DNA of 64,000 nucleotides from Blastocladiella emersonii ATCC 22665. Lineage: Eukaryota > Fungi > Blastocladiomycota. Under the pieces are notes generated by a model. The model had not been told where the DNA came from and ran no database searches. It saw nothing but the letters and a program-made list of their open reading frames with translations. Both the position numbers and the translations under genes were made by a program. This document shows positions 61,901 to 64,000 of the stretch, piece by piece (the stretch's first letter is position 1; each line of letters starts with the position of its first letter). Where the stretch lies: NCBI GenBank assembly GCA_025594325.1, contig JANHCV010000003.1, forward strand, positions 1,302,001 through 1,366,000, given 5' to 3'.

Positions 61901-62273
61901 CTCGATGCCGGCCACCTTGAGCAGCTGCGTGGCGTTGAGGTACGAGTCCGACTTGCGCCGCATCACGGCCACGCTGCGCGTGATCATCTCCTACACACGC
62001 ACGGCCACGGTCATGGTTAGTCTCGTTCCCATCGTCCATGGATCGCGGTGACCCGTTCGTTGACGCAAGCAGCGCTGCCTGGTGCAGCCACCTCCGTCCG
62101 CTGCTGCTTCCACGGAATTCGGCCCGCCTGGCAGCAACAGCCGCAGCTGCTCGCCGAAGAGGATCACCGCGAGAGGGAGAGATGAGGCAGAAACGCACCC
62201 ACACGGGGACGCCCGAGTACACGGCCGAGTGGATCTCCGAGTGCACGTCGCCGGTGCCCATGGTCATGGTCAT
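58942..62273 (-). CDS. APSES/KilA-N plus ankyrin-repeat G1/S transcription factor (Mbp1/Swi4/Res/Cdc10 family), 3 exons
   Basis: [48 protein letters not shown]; ankyrin repeats [24 protein letters not shown] and [11 protein letters not shown]; His/Gln homopolymer tracts in between. Confidence 0.92.
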
Positions 62274-63449
62274 GCTGGCGGGCGGGGTGGTCGGGGTTGT
62301 CGTCGTCGTAGAAGTTGCCGGCCACGGGATCGGGGCGCTAGCTCCGCTGGTCCTGCAGGTGGTGGTGCGGTCGGGTTGCCGCCGGGCGTGGTGGAGCTGG
62401 CGGGCGGGCGGGTTTCGGCAAGGGTGGGAGCGGGGAGGGAGGTCGGGGGCTCCGCGCTCTCTCGTCGCTGCGCAGGGACTTGCAGCGAGCAATGGGGTCG
62501 GATCGGCCGCAGATGGGGATAGAGTTGGCAGCGGGGGCCGGGTATGTGGGCGTGGGGAGAGAGCAAGAGGAACCCGAGACAAGTGCGGAAGGCAGGCCAG
62601 CCGAGGTGGTGAGGCTGGGCGGGGCGGGGCGCGGCCGGAGACAGCGGCGAGACAGTCGGGCGGCAGCAGGGCAGCGGGGGCGAGTGCAGCAGGCGCCAGC
62701 GGTGTGGCCGGGAGCAGGTGCCGGTGTGGGGATGGGGGTGGCGATGGGAATCCGGGCGGGAGGAGAAGGCGGGGCAGCGAGGTCGGTCGGTGGGCAACCT
62801 CTCGCTCGCGGTTCAGCTGCAGGTGATCTCGCGCTATGCCGATACTCGGCCGAATACCTCGCTTGTCGTCGACCCGCGATGCAAGGAGAGAGAATACGCT
62901 GTGCCTTACGCTCCAGTCTATCCGCCGCTGGCTGCGCACCATTTGCTTCTCGGCCGCCCGGCCAGCCGCGGGGGATCGCCCGCACTTGCACTGTCGGCTG
63001 TCTCGCACCTCACTCTCGCGCGCCTCCGTAAGTGGCCGCGCCGCTGGGCCAGCCGGCCTCCTCCGAGACGGTGACGGGAAGAGGAGCCCACGGCGTGTCT
63101 CCCAGGAACAACAAAAGCCGTCTCACACGCTTCTCGCTGCGCACGTGAGAAAAGCCACGCGTCCGCGTCCTTTGGCCCGCACCTGGCGCCGCGGACGTGT
63201 GCGCGGCCGTGACCGCCGCGGCCGCCGGCCGCCGGCTCGGTGCTGGCTGGCCCCGTGTGCTGGGCCGAAATTGGATGATGAAGTGGGACGGACGCTCAAA
63301 CTCTTGCGTGCAACAGCTGGGACCGTGGGAATTCGACTCGCTCAGGCTCGGGTTCGGGTTTGAGGAAAAAGGGTGATATATTTCTTTTCCTGCTTCTTCA
63401 TCTTGTCATCGAGTGCTCCATGACACGCACGCGCCGATCCAGGACCGGC

Positions 63450-64000
63450 TTAGCCCTCGAAGAAAGTTGGCAGCTCGTTGCCGGGCACGAAGATGCGCTC
63501 GACGCCCGCCTCGGTGATCACGGCGAGGCGGATGCACCCCCCACTCGACCCGTCGCGCGACATGGCCAGCGCGATCGCTACACGGTGGCGCAGGGAGTGG
63601 ATGAGTAAGCGGGAGGGTGATGGGCGAGAGCCCCGTGCCGAACGACGTACCGTTCTTGGTGAAGGCGACGCACTCCTCGGCCGTCATGTTGTGGCGGTAC
63701 GCCGCGTCACAGTACCCGTAAATGTAGCTCGAGCCCGAGCCTACACCGCGTCACCGTCCGTTAGCCCCCGTCCCTCGACCTATCCCGGGAGATACGCACC
63801 GCCAATGGCAAACGGCTGCTTGTGCAAGCTACCGCCGAGCGGGATCGAGTAGACGGAGCCGCCCTTGTGCTTGTCCCAGCCGGCGACGATGATGCCGGCC
63901 ATGAGGTTGTCCTTGTTCTGGTAGCACAGCTCCTGGAACATGGCGGCGGCCACCTTGACGGCGGGCGCCTCGCCGTGCTGCGTGCTGTACATCTGGCAGT
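63450..64000 (-). CDS. PRE3: 20S proteasome subunit beta1 (5' part outside window)
   Basis: [20 protein letters not shown]...VYSIPLGG; [16 protein letters not shown]; [18 protein letters not shown]; ends TFFEG* at 63450. Confidence 0.93.

Overview
Eukaryotic, gene-dense, very GC-rich DNA (roughly 65-70% by eye) with short GT-AG introns (mostly 50-75 nt). Gene content points to an early-diverging, probably zoosporic fungus (Blastocladiomycota/Chytridiomycota-like): fungal-type SBF/MBF factor, TFIIIA, Egt2-like lyase and a CHASE-PAS sensor occur alongside animal-type LKB1, cyclin Y, SETD3 and ARMH2 homologues. About 24 protein-coding loci are supported, mostly housekeeping: a gamma-tubulin complex subunit, Pex16, SmgGDS, Wapl, a mitochondrial carrier, TFIIIA, Cdc37, CTP synthase, Atg4, an M3 peptidase, ALDH and proteasome beta1. 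The standout is an intronless 1103-aa ORF at 27597-30908 (-), wedged between the convergent CDC37 and CTP synthase genes. It carries a Fanzor (eukaryotic TnpB-like, RNA-guided) RuvC/zinc-finger module with all three catalytic acidic residues, but has an atypical Cys-rich and Pro-rich N-terminus, a tandem-repeat C-terminal tail and weak candidate terminal inverted repeats with TA at each end. Other notable items are an ARMH2-like gene (CatSper-linked in mammals), a CHASE-PAS histidine-kinase-like receptor with no phospho-acceptor His, a plant-type LRR-TM-SH3 receptor, a Cdc37 with a duplicated C-terminal domain, and a lower-GC, gene-poor interval of about 3 kb. All family assignments come from motif recognition by eye; no database searches were run, and exon boundaries were read manually.
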